Of a DNA stretch of 64,000 bases, positions 29,252 through 39,835 are shown piece by piece. A model generated the notes under the pieces. It worked only from the letters and a program-made list of their open reading frames with translations, searched no databases and was not told the DNA's origin. Source of the stretch: Methanobacterium ferruginis. Lineage in GTDB: Archaea; Methanobacteriota; Methanobacteria; Methanobacteriales; Methanobacteriaceae. Every line of letters begins with the position of its first letter. Positions within the stretch are counted from its first letter, which is position 1. The translations under genes were made by a program, and so were the position numbers. The stretch is taken from positions 1,892,026-1,956,025 of the forward strand of contig NZ_AP027738.1 in NCBI RefSeq assembly GCF_030296715.1. The letters are read 5' to 3'.

Positions 29252-31033
29252 TTGATTAAGAGGAGTCATAAGTCTATGACAGTCCGAAGTGATGATTATA
29301 TTATTTTATCCAATCCAAATCATCCTGAATCTGATTTCCGATTGAACAATAAAGGTGATATAAACATCATAGGCACCACAAACCACGGAGCAGGTGTTAA
29401 AGCCAGAAGAGGATTACTCCGAGGCAGTGGAAAGTCTGATGATATTGATTATCTTTTTGATGCTTCTAAATTCACAGAAGAAACAGCACAGGAATGGTTA
29501 GACAATTATATGGAGAAATCAATCATGAACAAGACTTTGTTGAATAAAAATTTCAGTTTCACCATGCCTTTAATAAAAGGCTACACAGGTGAGGATGGTT
29601 TTTATCATATTCAATTCGGGTTAAGCACAACTGTTAAAGACCTTCAAAATGATGAAATTTCCGATAAAGCCCTTGACGAGATGGTAGAGGAGCTTAAATC
29701 TGTCCAAATAGCCATCAATGATGGGCACAACCATAAACTGAAAGATCTCATAGGCCCCACAACCAAGGCCTGGAGAGAAGGAACAGACATGTTCGTAGAC
29801 CTTCGAGTCAGGAAAATGTGGGAAGAAGAAATCAAAGATTTAATAGCTTCAGAAACTCCACTTGGTGGAAGTATTGAGGGCAAAGCAACTAAGAGCATTA
29901 TTTCTAAATCAGGAAAACCACTGATTGATGGTGTTAAGCTTTACGGTGGTGCATTAACTGACATTCCGGCAGCATGGAATCTCCGTGGCACGGCTAGGGA
30001 AAAAACATGCGCTGGCTCATTATGTGGTCAATTGAAAAAATCTTTAGGAATTGAAACTTTGGAGGCAAACAATGTGAAAAAATCTGTAATTAATGTGGAA
30101 GAAGCTTATGAGTCGATAAGGAATGACATCAATGAAGCTTTAGACAAAAAATATGGGCAAATGATGGAAGGGGGATGGATTGATCGTAAATGTTATCTCA
30201 GATACACCATGCCAGATTCTATAGTCGTTGCAACATACTCTGGAGACTTATACCAGATGCCTTACTCTAGAACTACTGAAACAGGTGAAGTTAAGTTGAG
30301 CGATCCCATACCTGCAACTAATCAAATTGTAACTAAAATGATAGAAGATGCTAATTGGACTATTAAATCAAATAAACCAAACGGAGGCGGTAATTTGACC
30401 AAAACAGAAGATAAAATCCCTGAAGGGATGGATGAGAAATTTGTAGACAAAATAAAAGCCCTGGGCGATGAAGGAAAAACTTTCCTGAAAGGACTACTCG
30501 GAGTGGAAGATGAATCCAAGGATCCTACAGGTGATCCTGGTGGAAACCCCAACCCTGCAACTGGAGGAATGAAGAAGATGATCCCCATGGACGATGTTAA
30601 AAAAATGATAGAAGACAGCAATGAAGAAATCCGGAAAGAATTCAAGGGCGAACTCAAATCCAAAGATAATGAAATCTCATCTCTTAAGAAAACCGTAGAC
30701 AATCGTGAAAAAACCATATCAGATCAGGAACATGACGACCTCGTTGACAAGGCCATTAAAAAAACCCAAAAAATGGGTAATGAGGACGTGAAAACCGAAG
30801 AAGACCTCATGAAACACCTCCAGAAAGAAGAGGAATTCACTGAGGAAGAACTCGAAGAAAACCCTGATAGTTGTATTAAAACAGCTATGCGAGGTTGGAA
30901 GGTTGCATCCAAATACATCCCATCTGGTAAATTGCCCCGGACGGATGAAAATGAAATGCAGAAAATGTCAGACAAACACGCCGAAAAGGCTACTGAAATA
31001 AGGAAATCCCTAGCAGAAAGGGGAACTAAATAA
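29252..31033 (+). CDS. phage head protein, putative scaffold and/or prohead protease (593 aa, coiled-coil C-terminus)
   Basis: Position between the morphogenesis and capsid genes. The C-terminus is rich in charged heptads. Confidence 0.35.
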   Translation: MIKRSHKSMTVRSDDYIILSNPNHPESDFRLNNKGDINIIGTTNHGAGVKARRGLLRGSGKSDDIDYLFDASKFTEETAQEWLDNYMEKSIMNKTLLNKNFSFTMPLIKGYTGEDGFYHIQFGLSTTVKDLQNDEISDKALDEMVEELKSVQIAINDGHNHKLKDLIGPTTKAWREGTDMFVDLRVRKMWEEEIKDLIASETPLGGSIEGKATKSIISKSGKPLIDGVKLYGGALTDIPAAWNLRGTAREKTCAGSLCGQLKKSLGIETLEANNVKKSVINVEEAYESIRNDINEALDKKYGQMMEGGWIDRKCYLRYTMPDSIVVATYSGDLYQMPYSRTTETGEVKLSDPIPATNQIVTKMIEDANWTIKSNKPNGGGNLTKTEDKIPEGMDEKFVDKIKALGDEGKTFLKGLLGVEDESKDPTGDPGGNPNPATGGMKKMIPMDDVKKMIEDSNEEIRKEFKGELKSKDNEISSLKKTVDNREKTISDQEHDDLVDKAIKKTQKMGNEDVKTEEDLMKHLQKEEEFTEEELEENPDSCIKTAMRGWKVASKYIPSGKLPRTDENEMQKMSDKHAEKATEIRKSLAERGTK

Positions 31034-31155
31034 GAGGTGATATGAATGAGTTTTAAACCATATTACGGCCACGAAATGGCTATTGAGGTAACTGCTGGAG
31101 AAGATCTCCTTACTACTACCTTACCAAATTCGATGCATCTGATAAGACTAAACTT

Positions 31156-31554
31156 ATGAAAGCCACAGCCGGGTCAGTACCTAATGGTGTTACAATACCA
31201 TCAGAGGACAGCATGGGGCCTGATGGCAATGGAGGAATAGTTAAGAAAACTCAATGGGACGCTGGAGAAAGACCAACCATCTATGATGTCGGTGTAGTCC
31301 CCGTTAAACTAGGGGAAACTGTGACTGCTGGACAGAAATGTGTCCCTGGGGCCACTGCAGGACTTGCTTATGCTCAGGATGAACCCACATTCACTGATGC
31401 AGCCATAGAAACCCACACAGATGAACTGATAAATGCAGCGATAAATGGATTAATAGATGAAATACAGGCAGCCAGAACATCAGATGCCAGTGTACTTGGT
31501 AAATTCGTAACTGGTGGAGATGCTGGAGACATAGCCTTTGTCAAAATAAAATAG
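31156..31554 (+). CDS. phage structural protein (132 aa), possible decoration/scaffold
   Basis: Gene order. Confidence 0.3.
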   Translation: MKATAGSVPNGVTIPSEDSMGPDGNGGIVKKTQWDAGERPTIYDVGVVPVKLGETVTAGQKCVPGATAGLAYAQDEPTFTDAAIETHTDELINAAINGLIDEIQAARTSDASVLGKFVTGGDAGDIAFVKIK

Positions 31555-31556
31555 AG

Positions 31557-32435
31557 GTGAAAAAGATGAGTTTACCAGATAGTTTAGTGAATTACTACGA
31601 TTCAGAAGTGATCCGAGAATACAACGAAACTCTCGTTGGAATTGACTTAATTTTTAAAGGACCTGATCTACCTAAAGGAAAAGGTTCTGTCACTCGGCCA
31701 ATTGTTCACAAATTCAAGGGGAAGGCCAAACGTGGATATCGTATAAGAGAAGTTCCACGTGAAACCATAGACCGGGACCAGGTCACTGTTAAAGTAATGG
31801 AAAGTGCATATGGATTCGCACTCCACAGGAAAGACCTGGAAGCCTACGAAACAGATGGAGTGTCAGCACTTAACCTGGAAGAATCACTGGAATGTGCACG
31901 TATAGTGGCTAAAGATGTTGATGATATAATCTTCAATGGAGACACCAATGCCGGTACTAAAGGTATCTACAAAGATGCTGGTGATACTTTCACTGTTAAA
32001 ACTGATTATGAATGGAATAATGAAGTAAACAGAAACCCCTTAGACACTATCATAGATGCACTAACAAAATTTGAAGCTAGTGGCATTTATGATGCTAAAA
32101 AAGCTAAACTCTGCCTAAGTCCCATGGCTTACAGGTTAGCATGGAAACAAGCCCCAGGTAGTGGAGCTGTCTATATGGAAGAAATCGCTAAACAATTCAG
32201 TACCACTCCAGACAATATCCTGAAATCCAACAGTATAGATGCTGATGGTGGTTTGATTGCTGCATTTGATAAACAGGTAGCTGAAAGGAATGTTGAAGAA
32301 GAAGCCAACCTGATACCATTTGAATTACAGCCTAACAGTGAGTATCCTTTCAACTTCGAAACCTACCAAGTTTACCATGTTAAAAAGACTGAAGGGTTCC
32401 TGAAATTACGTAACTTAGTAGCTGATACAACTTAA
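31557..32435 (+). CDS. putative major capsid protein
   Basis: 292 aa, GGTG upstream. The position and size match a major capsid gene. Confidence 0.4.
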   Translation: MKKMSLPDSLVNYYDSEVIREYNETLVGIDLIFKGPDLPKGKGSVTRPIVHKFKGKAKRGYRIREVPRETIDRDQVTVKVMESAYGFALHRKDLEAYETDGVSALNLEESLECARIVAKDVDDIIFNGDTNAGTKGIYKDAGDTFTVKTDYEWNNEVNRNPLDTIIDALTKFEASGIYDAKKAKLCLSPMAYRLAWKQAPGSGAVYMEEIAKQFSTTPDNILKSNSIDADGGLIAAFDKQVAERNVEEEANLIPFELQPNSEYPFNFETYQVYHVKKTEGFLKLRNLVADTT

Positions 32436-32469
32436 AATCAGCTACTAAACCCCTTTATCAAATGGAGGC

Positions 32470-33024
32470 TTGATTTCCATGACTGGAAAAGGTAAAACCA
32501 AAGAAGTAAAGGATACCGATGTTCAACCCGAACCTGAAGTAGTTATCAAAGAGGTTGAAAAACCATTGAACCTTGCTGAAAAATCACCAACAGAACTTGA
32601 ACAACTCAAAGACCAAATTGAAGCCCAGAAAGTAGAAAACCATCTAGAAGCTGAGAAAAAGAAAATTAAGGCTTTAAAGTGTCCTGCTTGTAACACTAAC
32701 CTGAAACTCGACCCTGAAAGATACATGAAAGAAGGAAGTATCAAGGATGAAACTGAGTGTAAGAAGTGTGAGAAATTAGTAACCGTTGGTATCACTTATA
32801 ATGGAGATCCTAGTATTTTAACTGCCCAGATCGATGGACCACGTGCAGGTAACTTTGTATGGGAGGTTAAAAAACCTGTGGACTGGGAAGACAAACATGT
32901 GAAAAAATGGGCTGAAGAAGAAATGTCTAAACTCAAAGAAAACAAGAGCTCCCTTTCGATTAATGAACAGAAACTCTTCAGATTATTGTATCTTGGTTTG
33001 AAGAAACAGAAAATAGTCAAATAA
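32470..33024 (+). CDS. phage protein with a zinc-ribbon (CPAC...CKKC) and coiled coil
   Basis: ORF plus Cys pairs. Confidence 0.4.
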   Translation: MISMTGKGKTKEVKDTDVQPEPEVVIKEVEKPLNLAEKSPTELEQLKDQIEAQKVENHLEAEKKKIKALKCPACNTNLKLDPERYMKEGSIKDETECKKCEKLVTVGITYNGDPSILTAQIDGPRAGNFVWEVKKPVDWEDKHVKKWAEEEMSKLKENKSSLSINEQKLFRLLYLGLKKQKIVK

Positions 33025-33043
33025 AAAAGGATTGGTGGTTTAG

Positions 33044-33463
33044 TTGACATACGCAGTTTCTGAAGAAGTAACCAATCTGACTAATGAAATAATGGAACCC
33101 ATGACTACTGATGTGGCCAATGCAACTTTAACCAAGGCAATCAGCCATGCTGAAATCAAAATAAACAGTAAACTCCGTAAAAACAACATAGACATCTCCA
33201 CCATCCCAGACACAGTTGAAGAAAAGGATCCTATAAACAACCTAATAGAAGCTGGCACATTATATGCAGCTGCATTTGTTTTTGACACTGGTTACAGTGG
33301 GAATGAAACATCTAGTCCCGCGGTAAGAACTTACCGGTCTGATGCTGATGAGCTCGTAGATGCATATATTGAGATAATTCGTGAAGGCTACAACACAGAA
33401 GACCCTGATATTAAAAAATCTGTGAAAATACCTGTGGGAAGCTTGGTAAGAAGGTGTTACTAG
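33044..33463 (+). CDS. putative head-tail connector/adaptor
   Basis: Gene order. Confidence 0.35.
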   Translation: MTYAVSEEVTNLTNEIMEPMTTDVANATLTKAISHAEIKINSKLRKNNIDISTIPDTVEEKDPINNLIEAGTLYAAAFVFDTGYSGNETSSPAVRTYRSDADELVDAYIEIIREGYNTEDPDIKKSVKIPVGSLVRRCY

Positions 33464-33464
33464 T

Positions 33465-33923
33465 ATGGGTTCGGTTAACTTCACAAAAAACGATGAGGTA
33501 ACACCCTATGTGGAAAATGTCATAGGCAATCTCACAGGCCATACATCACGTGCACTGGATGACATTTCAGATATTGAAGTTGAATACATGCAATCAGAAA
33601 ACCCCATCGGAGAAACCCATGAATTAAATGATATGGCTATGTGGGAGGCAACTGGAGACCTCAAGAGATATATTTTTAGTGGTTCTGGACATTTCGACCC
33701 CATAGTTGATGGTCATGTAATATTGGGGCCTTTACTCACTGAACGCCAACGTAAATGGTGGTTCTGGTATCTAAATGCAGTCTTAGGTGGATCCTATGAT
33801 GTTAAATATGGAACTGGAAGTAGTACCCCACCAAATGATTATCCTGCCAGGGCTTTAGATGCGTCTGATGCAGATGTGGATATACGTTTAGACCAATACT
33901 TGAACGATCTTTTAGGAGGTTAA
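33465..33923 (+). CDS. putative head-tail joining protein
   Basis: Gene order; the start overlaps the previous stop codon. Confidence 0.35.
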   Translation: MGSVNFTKNDEVTPYVENVIGNLTGHTSRALDDISDIEVEYMQSENPIGETHELNDMAMWEATGDLKRYIFSGSGHFDPIVDGHVILGPLLTERQRKWWFWYLNAVLGGSYDVKYGTGSSTPPNDYPARALDASDADVDIRLDQYLNDLLGG

Positions 33924-33927
33924 CAGT

Positions 33928-34470
33928 ATGGCTGATGATATTAAACTGAGGCTGTTTCAGTTTAAAGCTGTGCACACGGCACTGGTTGATTGTGTGAAGA
34001 CATTCATAGATCCTGAAACAATCCCCGATCCTGAAGATCCTGATGCACCACCTGCTATTCTACTATTTGGAGAGAAAGGTAATGTGCGTAAAAGCCGACC
34101 ATCTAAGATTAGTCTCTACGGAACCACCTTGGGTGTTGCCAGCTTAGATGAGGCAAATATTAAAAATGCAGGTATGGGTGCAGGTGAAATTGCAATCGTA
34201 CCTGGAGGTTTACAGGTATGGGTTAAGGGAAGAAGTGACTCTTCAGAAGACACTTGTAAACATTACTGTGATATTGCCAGGGCATATTTCAAAAACAAAA
34301 ATATCATAGACTTTCCAGGAGTAACCATCAAACCACTCAAATCAAAAGGCCCTAAATGGGTTAGTATCAACCTTGCAGATCCACGCACAACCAAAGTACC
34401 TGTTTTTTACACTCTAGGTTATGTTCCTTATTCTGTGACAATTTCAAAGAAGAAAACATACACTATTTAA
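33928..34470 (+). CDS. putative tail completion protein
   Basis: Gene order. Confidence 0.35.
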   Translation: MADDIKLRLFQFKAVHTALVDCVKTFIDPETIPDPEDPDAPPAILLFGEKGNVRKSRPSKISLYGTTLGVASLDEANIKNAGMGAGEIAIVPGGLQVWVKGRSDSSEDTCKHYCDIARAYFKNKNIIDFPGVTIKPLKSKGPKWVSINLADPRTTKVPVFYTLGYVPYSVTISKKKTYTI

Positions 34471-34492
34471 CTATTTTTTTGGAGGTTTATTC

Positions 34493-34678
34493 ATGTCTAA
34501 AATGACCTTGAAAGGACTGAAAAGTACTATTAAACATTATATTGACTCCGGAGACTATGAAGGAGCTCGGAACTATGCACGCAACTTCGGGGATGAATTT
34601 GAAAAATTCAATACCAATGAAGCCCTGGCAGAAATCGATAGGGCCGAAAAAGGAAATAAAAAAATAAAGGAGGATTAA
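34493..34678 (+). CDS. small phage protein
   Basis: 61-aa ORF; GGAGG upstream. Confidence 0.35.
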   Translation: MSKMTLKGLKSTIKHYIDSGDYEGARNYARNFGDEFEKFNTNEALAEIDRAEKGNKKIKED

Positions 34679-34681
34679 ATT

Positions 34682-35494
34682 ATGGCACCAGTAGATATAG
34701 ACTCCAAAGTTGCAAGCACACTTGACAGCTCAGAGATGTTTTTAACATTAGGAGTACCCCAAGAAGATGAATTCGTACAACTGACAGGAACCATTGATGG
34801 AACCAATAAAGTATTCACATTCCCAGCCACACACTACCCCATCTACCCCAAAAATGGTAGAACAATCCAACCACTACCTGCAGATGTAGTGATAATAACC
34901 AGGAAAGATACAACCGATCTCATAGTAACCGTAACAGAAGTACAAACCATCACCGACCCCTCAACCGGATTCACGGTTTATGGAGCTGTGGAATTAACAG
35001 CAGCACCCACCACTGAAGGAGCTGATGGAGTATATGGGAAATGTGTTACCGAAACCGATCTCTACGTGCAGCAGAGCATCAAACCTAAAGTTGACCAGGA
35101 TAAGGGTAAAATAGGCCGCATGGGTAGTAAAAAGAAGTACACTAAACATGGTGGTATTGACACGACCATTGATGTAGAGGTTATTTTATCAGACATGCAA
35201 GCAGTACTCATAGGAAACTATGATGAATACAGTGGATCAGAAACTGTAGAGGATGGATACACCCTATACGAACTAAAAGACAATCCTACATCCTTGTATG
35301 GTTGTATCCATATGTTTGATGGAGATGAAGAAGAGGATCCCATAGACCGTGAAGTCCTTGGAAGAATAGTCCTGGAATCAGTGACAAAGGATCCTGCTTT
35401 ACCTGAAGGTAAGGAAGGTGATGACCTCACATTATCATTCACCCTGAACGTGGGAGAAAAACCTAAGATCTTACTCAAAACTGCAGCTGCATAG
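34682..35494 (+). CDS. putative major tail protein
   Basis: 270 aa. It sits upstream of the chaperone and tape-measure genes. Confidence 0.45.
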   Translation: MAPVDIDSKVASTLDSSEMFLTLGVPQEDEFVQLTGTIDGTNKVFTFPATHYPIYPKNGRTIQPLPADVVIITRKDTTDLIVTVTEVQTITDPSTGFTVYGAVELTAAPTTEGADGVYGKCVTETDLYVQQSIKPKVDQDKGKIGRMGSKKKYTKHGGIDTTIDVEVILSDMQAVLIGNYDEYSGSETVEDGYTLYELKDNPTSLYGCIHMFDGDEEEDPIDREVLGRIVLESVTKDPALPEGKEGDDLTLSFTLNVGEKPKILLKTAAA

Positions 35495-35529
35495 AACTAT
35501 AAAGAGAATAACAAATTATTCTCTTTTTT

Positions 35530-36069
35530 CTATTTTATAGATTGGAAAATAGTGTTTGCTGTTTCGTTGATTTCTTGTTCATCAGATTCAAACCCATAAA
35601 CTGAGATTAAATACACAGTATCTTTAACCTTAAAAACCATGTTAAATGACATAGTAGCCAAAGTATCATCTTGCTTTCCAATGATCTTTTCTACAACAAC
35701 ACCATTAGGATTCGTTTCAATGGAATTATATGCTATTTCATCACTTGAATTACTTTCAACATTAGTCCGATAATTATTTATTAATTCCGTTGCTGAAGTA
35801 GCTGTCACATTCTTAAATACAATGAAGTTATGTTTATGGAGTGTATTTTTTCCTTTGAAATAAGCAATTTCATTTAAAATATCCCCACTAGCATTAATAT
35901 TATGCTTAGTATATTCAGCACTACTAAAACTGTCAGGGTAATCAAAACTCATAACACCATCCGAAAATGTTATAATCTCATTAGATTCATTAGAAAACGG
36001 ATTAGTACCAGCATAAAACAATACAACAATAAAAAATACCATAATCAGTGAAATACTCTTTTTTCCCAA
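35530..36069 (-). CDS. antisense moron: secreted protein with an N-terminal signal/TM
   Basis: MGKKSISLIMVFFIVVLFYAG reads as a signal anchor. Opposite strand, AT-rich. Confidence 0.5.
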   Translation of the reverse strand: MGKKSISLIMVFFIVVLFYAGTNPFSNESNEIITFSDGVMSFDYPDSFSSAEYTKHNINASGDILNEIAYFKGKNTLHKHNFIVFKNVTATSATELINNYRTNVESNSSDEIAYNSIETNPNGVVVEKIIGKQDDTLATMSFNMVFKVKDTVYLISVYGFESDEQEINETANTIFQSIK

Positions 36070-36194
36070 AAATATTCCCTCCCGATAACTATAAGAAAAT
36101 GGAGATTATGATCTCACAAAAAAAATATTACTTTTTAATTAATAATACTTTTCATTTTTTTTATCCCCAAAAACATTTGGAGGTTTTTAGAAAC

Positions 36195-36779
36195 ATGACA
36201 AAAACACCTATTAAAATACCAAACCTGTATCCAGAAGAGGAAATCATTATTGTAGGGAATTCTGTGAAGATTAAAGGATATAAACCAGCAGATAAACCCT
36301 ACGAAATACAAATACGCCACCTGAGAACACAAGCCCTAGAAGTCCAGAAAAAAGTTAACGAAATCATCAGAAAAGAAGACAACACTATCAAACCAGATGC
36401 AGAGTTAACTGATGACGAAATGAAGAGATTGAAAAAATTACACGAAGAAATTCTTAACATAGGAGACTTCATTATTTATGGAGATCCTGAACGAGAAAAC
36501 CAGGACCAGATGGAAGGACCCGCCTGGAAATTAGCACAAAGAGGAATAAAAAGATACTACTACCCAGACAAAACTTCTTCAGAACTAGATGAAATAGAAG
36601 ACATCGAACTCGCAGAAGGCCATGTTAAACAGATAGCCAATATCATGATCCGATTAAGCAGTCCACCCAGTGGCCTGGAACGATCCATTCAGGCACGTAA
36701 AAAAGAACAGGAAAAAAATGGGGCTGGTAAGGGAAAGCAATCCAAAGGAAAAAACACCTCACAGCACAAGAAGAAATAA
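36195..36779 (+). CDS. tail assembly chaperone (G-like)
   Basis: GGAGG lies 8 nt upstream of the ATG at 36195. Acidic protein with a Lys-rich tail. It is located between the major tail protein and the tape measure. A downstream ORF is open in the -1 frame. Confidence 0.55.
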   Translation: MTKTPIKIPNLYPEEEIIIVGNSVKIKGYKPADKPYEIQIRHLRTQALEVQKKVNEIIRKEDNTIKPDAELTDDEMKRLKKLHEEILNIGDFIIYGDPERENQDQMEGPAWKLAQRGIKRYYYPDKTSSELDEIEDIELAEGHVKQIANIMIRLSSPPSGLERSIQARKKEQEKNGAGKGKQSKGKNTSQHKKK

Positions 36780-36964
36780 TCGAATTCCGAAAACTAATGA
36801 GCTCCATATGTTTTGAAACAGGATGGTCCGAAGAATATGCCTATGAACGAGACATGAACGTGATACACGACATGTTATACAGGGATCTAGAATATTTCCC
36901 AGAAGGGCCAGAAGATATTAAAGAAGATTTTGAAGCTAAAAGAGGAATGTTGAGAAGATAATTG
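36749..36964 (+). promoter_or_regulatory. putative -1 programmed ribosomal frameshift: slippery heptamer A_AAA_AAC at 36749-36755, followed by a -1-frame extension open to 36964 (GT-like product)
   Basis: In the zero frame the site reads tcc aaa gga aaa aac. The -1 frame is open from 36731 and reads KKHLTAQEEIIEFRKLMSSICFETGW...MLRR*. Confidence 0.45.
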
Positions 36965-36984
36965 ATGGAAAAATAGATACATAT

Positions 36985-37311
36985 TTACTTTATTTTCTTT
37001 TCATTCTCATAAAATTTTAAGAACCTTTCTTGAAGATCTACAATCAACCTAATTTTCTTTAAAGGATGTGAAGGGACTAATCTATCAGGAATAACAACAG
37101 TTATATCCATAATTAAAGTTTTTAAATCTTCATTATATTTGCATTCAGATTCCACACTATAATCACTAGATAAATTAAAAATAAAATTATCTAACCTATC
37201 CTTTAATGATTCATATTCCTCTTCACTACTATATCTTTCTTTAAAAGTAAAATTGAAATCTGTGGCTATGGATTTTGTTTTAATAACGTTTCTTTCAATC
37301 AGTTCTAACAC
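36985..37311 (-). CDS. hypothetical protein (108 aa), first gene of an antisense cassette inserted in the tail module
   Basis: ORF. Confidence 0.45.
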   Translation of the reverse strand: MLELIERNVIKTKSIATDFNFTFKERYSSEEEYESLKDRLDNFIFNLSSDYSVESECKYNEDLKTLIMDITVVIPDRLVPSHPLKKIRLIVDLQERFLKFYENEKKIK

Positions 37312-37329
37312 AATATATTACCTCAATAC

Positions 37330-39075
37330 TCAAATTATTTTATAAACAGTTAAACCTACTTTCAATATATCTATAAATTCACTTGGAATCCCCACTCTAT
37401 CTCCAACAGCTGCAGAAGCAACGTTTTTACCTTCAATTTCCAAAGATTTAACATCTTCTTCCAAGAATTCATTTGGAAGTTTGTATCCTATTCGTTGACC
37501 TTTAGATAATTCTCCATCAGTAAGTTCGACTCCAACTACCACATTCTTTTTAAAGAATTTGACAATTTTACCAACAGGCTCATAATTTGAAGGTACTTGT
37601 GGAAGTCTACCCGGCTGATAAAACAAATCCCTTAAAACTTCAGGATCCCATTCATATTCCATCATTCCTCTAATGAGAAGAAACAATTCCCAAGTTGTAG
37701 TTAATAAAATCTTATCCCTAACAGCATCTTCAACCTGTTTATCTGTGAAAACAGCCTTATTATCTCTTTTAAGAGGGGCTATGTTCCTTTGATGATTAAT
37801 GATAAACACACCACCAATATCAAATCTTTCCCACTCCTCCATACGCCTACCCCTATATTTCACCAATTGCATTATATCCTCCTCTTTAGTATTAGTGGAG
37901 GGGCCTTTTACTTCAACTAACAACGGTGAATTATCACATATCCTCAGATCTTCTTCTTTATTCTCACCTTCTTTAAGCTCATTATCAACATTAACAACTT
38001 CCTCAAATCCTATAAACTCAAGACACTTCTCAACATCGTCAACTAACTCATCACCAGTGCCTGTAAGAATACCATGTAAAAAACCATGCTCACGTCTTTC
38101 AGACACAATATCTTCCTCAATCGATTCAATTTTACCTTTAGCCTTAACAGCTATCTCTTCAATTTGACCTTTCAAATCTTTAATCGATGAAAACTCATAC
38201 TCATCCTCTTCAATCCACTTACCCTTAACATTAGGAAACAAATGAGGAGATATTGAAGGCAAAACTTCATTCAACAAATCCAAAAAAAGTTCAGGAGTTC
38301 TGGGCATATTAGGAAGAATTAATATCTTTCCCGAAGTTTCAGTATTATCATCAGGGATTAAACATCCAACAGATTGATTGAATTTATTATTCAAAAGGTT
38401 CCTAAAATTAGGTATAGAATAACCTCCAAATCTTGAATTATAATTAGTTTCTCTTAAGTACTTCTTAAAAAATTCATTAAAGGCACTAATATCAGTTGCA
38501 ATGTTAATTTCTGCCCCTTCATCTTCATACACATTTAAATGAATTAGAATTGATAGAAAAGACCAATTATTACAGAACACCTCTTCACCTATTAAATCTC
38601 CATACTTGTCTCTTTTTCCGAACTGAAAATGATAATCAAATTTAGGTTCCGCAAAAATAAGAATTAACCCACCATTATCAAAAATACGATCAAAATTTTC
38701 ATGATGTTTCTGCATAGATTTAGGCCTAGGATCGACCCATCCATCTTTACAAGTACTAAAAAGCTTTTTAACATTTCCAGGATCTTCATAAGTTATATTT
38801 ACTTCATCTACGATCCCACTATCAAGATCAATTATCACCACATCTCGTTCAGAAATAACAGGAAGATGATCCTTACCTTTAACTACATCATAGACGTCAC
38901 TCCGATTAACATTATATGGAGTTCCAAAACTACCTTTAGAAACATTAAAACCCTTCGATTTAAGTTCTTTAAAAATTTCATCAGGCAGGTCAATTAAAAG
39001 AATATCTGGCTTATTTGATTCTACCTCTTCTACAGAAGACAATTTATCATCTAAAAGTTCTTTTAAATCAGCCAT
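37330..39075 (-). CDS. 581-aa protein with a PD-(D/E)xK-like nuclease motif in its C-terminal third (candidate defence nuclease, Shedu/Mrr-like)
   Basis: GFEEVVNVD...EEDLRICDNSPLLVEVKGPS fits the E...D...(E)VK arrangement. No other domain recognised. Confidence 0.45.
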   Translation of the reverse strand: MADLKELLDDKLSSVEEVESNKPDILLIDLPDEIFKELKSKGFNVSKGSFGTPYNVNRSDVYDVVKGKDHLPVISERDVVIIDLDSGIVDEVNITYEDPGNVKKLFSTCKDGWVDPRPKSMQKHHENFDRIFDNGGLILIFAEPKFDYHFQFGKRDKYGDLIGEEVFCNNWSFLSILIHLNVYEDEGAEINIATDISAFNEFFKKYLRETNYNSRFGGYSIPNFRNLLNNKFNQSVGCLIPDDNTETSGKILILPNMPRTPELFLDLLNEVLPSISPHLFPNVKGKWIEEDEYEFSSIKDLKGQIEEIAVKAKGKIESIEEDIVSERREHGFLHGILTGTGDELVDDVEKCLEFIGFEEVVNVDNELKEGENKEEDLRICDNSPLLVEVKGPSTNTKEEDIMQLVKYRGRRMEEWERFDIGGVFIINHQRNIAPLKRDNKAVFTDKQVEDAVRDKILLTTTWELFLLIRGMMEYEWDPEVLRDLFYQPGRLPQVPSNYEPVGKIVKFFKKNVVVGVELTDGELSKGQRIGYKLPNEFLEEDVKSLEIEGKNVASAAVGDRVGIPSEFIDILKVGLTVYKII

Positions 39076-39079
39076 ACAA

Positions 39080-39775
39080 TCACCCCAAATTAGAAATTCT
39101 CCTGTTTATATAACTCACACAGTTAAAAGCATCTTTTTTCTTTACATCATCAACTCTGATCTCTTGTTGATTTTTTAGTAGGATCTGAATTGTTTTTTTG
39201 CTTGAAGCATAAAGGGCGAGTGGAGTGAAAAACACCAGCCCTACAACTATTTTATTGCTCTTATTTGACAACAATGTAGCACTTTCAATTTCATCATAGT
39301 AAAAAAATTCTTTACCCTTAATTTCTATTCCTTCACTTGATAATGCAATAAATTTACCTGAACCACCCTTACTAATATAATAACCATGTTCATCTAACAC
39401 TTCATGCACCAATGAAACACTTTCAGCAGCTTCCCGTTTTGCTTTTGCCAATACAAATGCCTGATATTCTTCCCAACTCTTACCTTTTTTCTTTGATTTG
39501 TCTTCATCTGTGTATTCATCATCATAAACAGACTCTAACAGGGTTACAATGTTTTCACCACACTCACCACAAAAATTAGCTATAATTGGTGTTTCACTAC
39601 CACAAAAAGGACAGATAATTGTTTCATTAAAAAGTAAATCATCATCTATTTGTTCATCAGAATCTAGAAAAAATAATATACCCCCACATTCACATTCATC
39701 ATCGAAATCTTCAGGTTTTTCATCTTCTTCTAGTTCATAATATCCTTTACAGTTTTGACAAACAAGATACCCCAC
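39080..39775 (-). CDS. double zinc-ribbon protein (231 aa)
   Basis: CQNCKGYY...CECGG and [19 protein letters not shown]. Confidence 0.5.
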   Translation of the reverse strand: MGYLVCQNCKGYYELEEDEKPEDFDDECECGGILFFLDSDEQIDDDLLFNETIICPFCGSETPIIANFCGECGENIVTLLESVYDDEYTDEDKSKKKGKSWEEYQAFVLAKAKREAAESVSLVHEVLDEHGYYISKGGSGKFIALSSEGIEIKGKEFFYYDEIESATLLSNKSNKIVVGLVFFTPLALYASSKKTIQILLKNQQEIRVDDVKKKDAFNCVSYINRRISNLG

Positions 39776-39835
39776 GTATAACCGCCCCCTTTGATTACAT
39801 AATTTCTAATAAGATTATCCCTAAATTAAAAAGGA

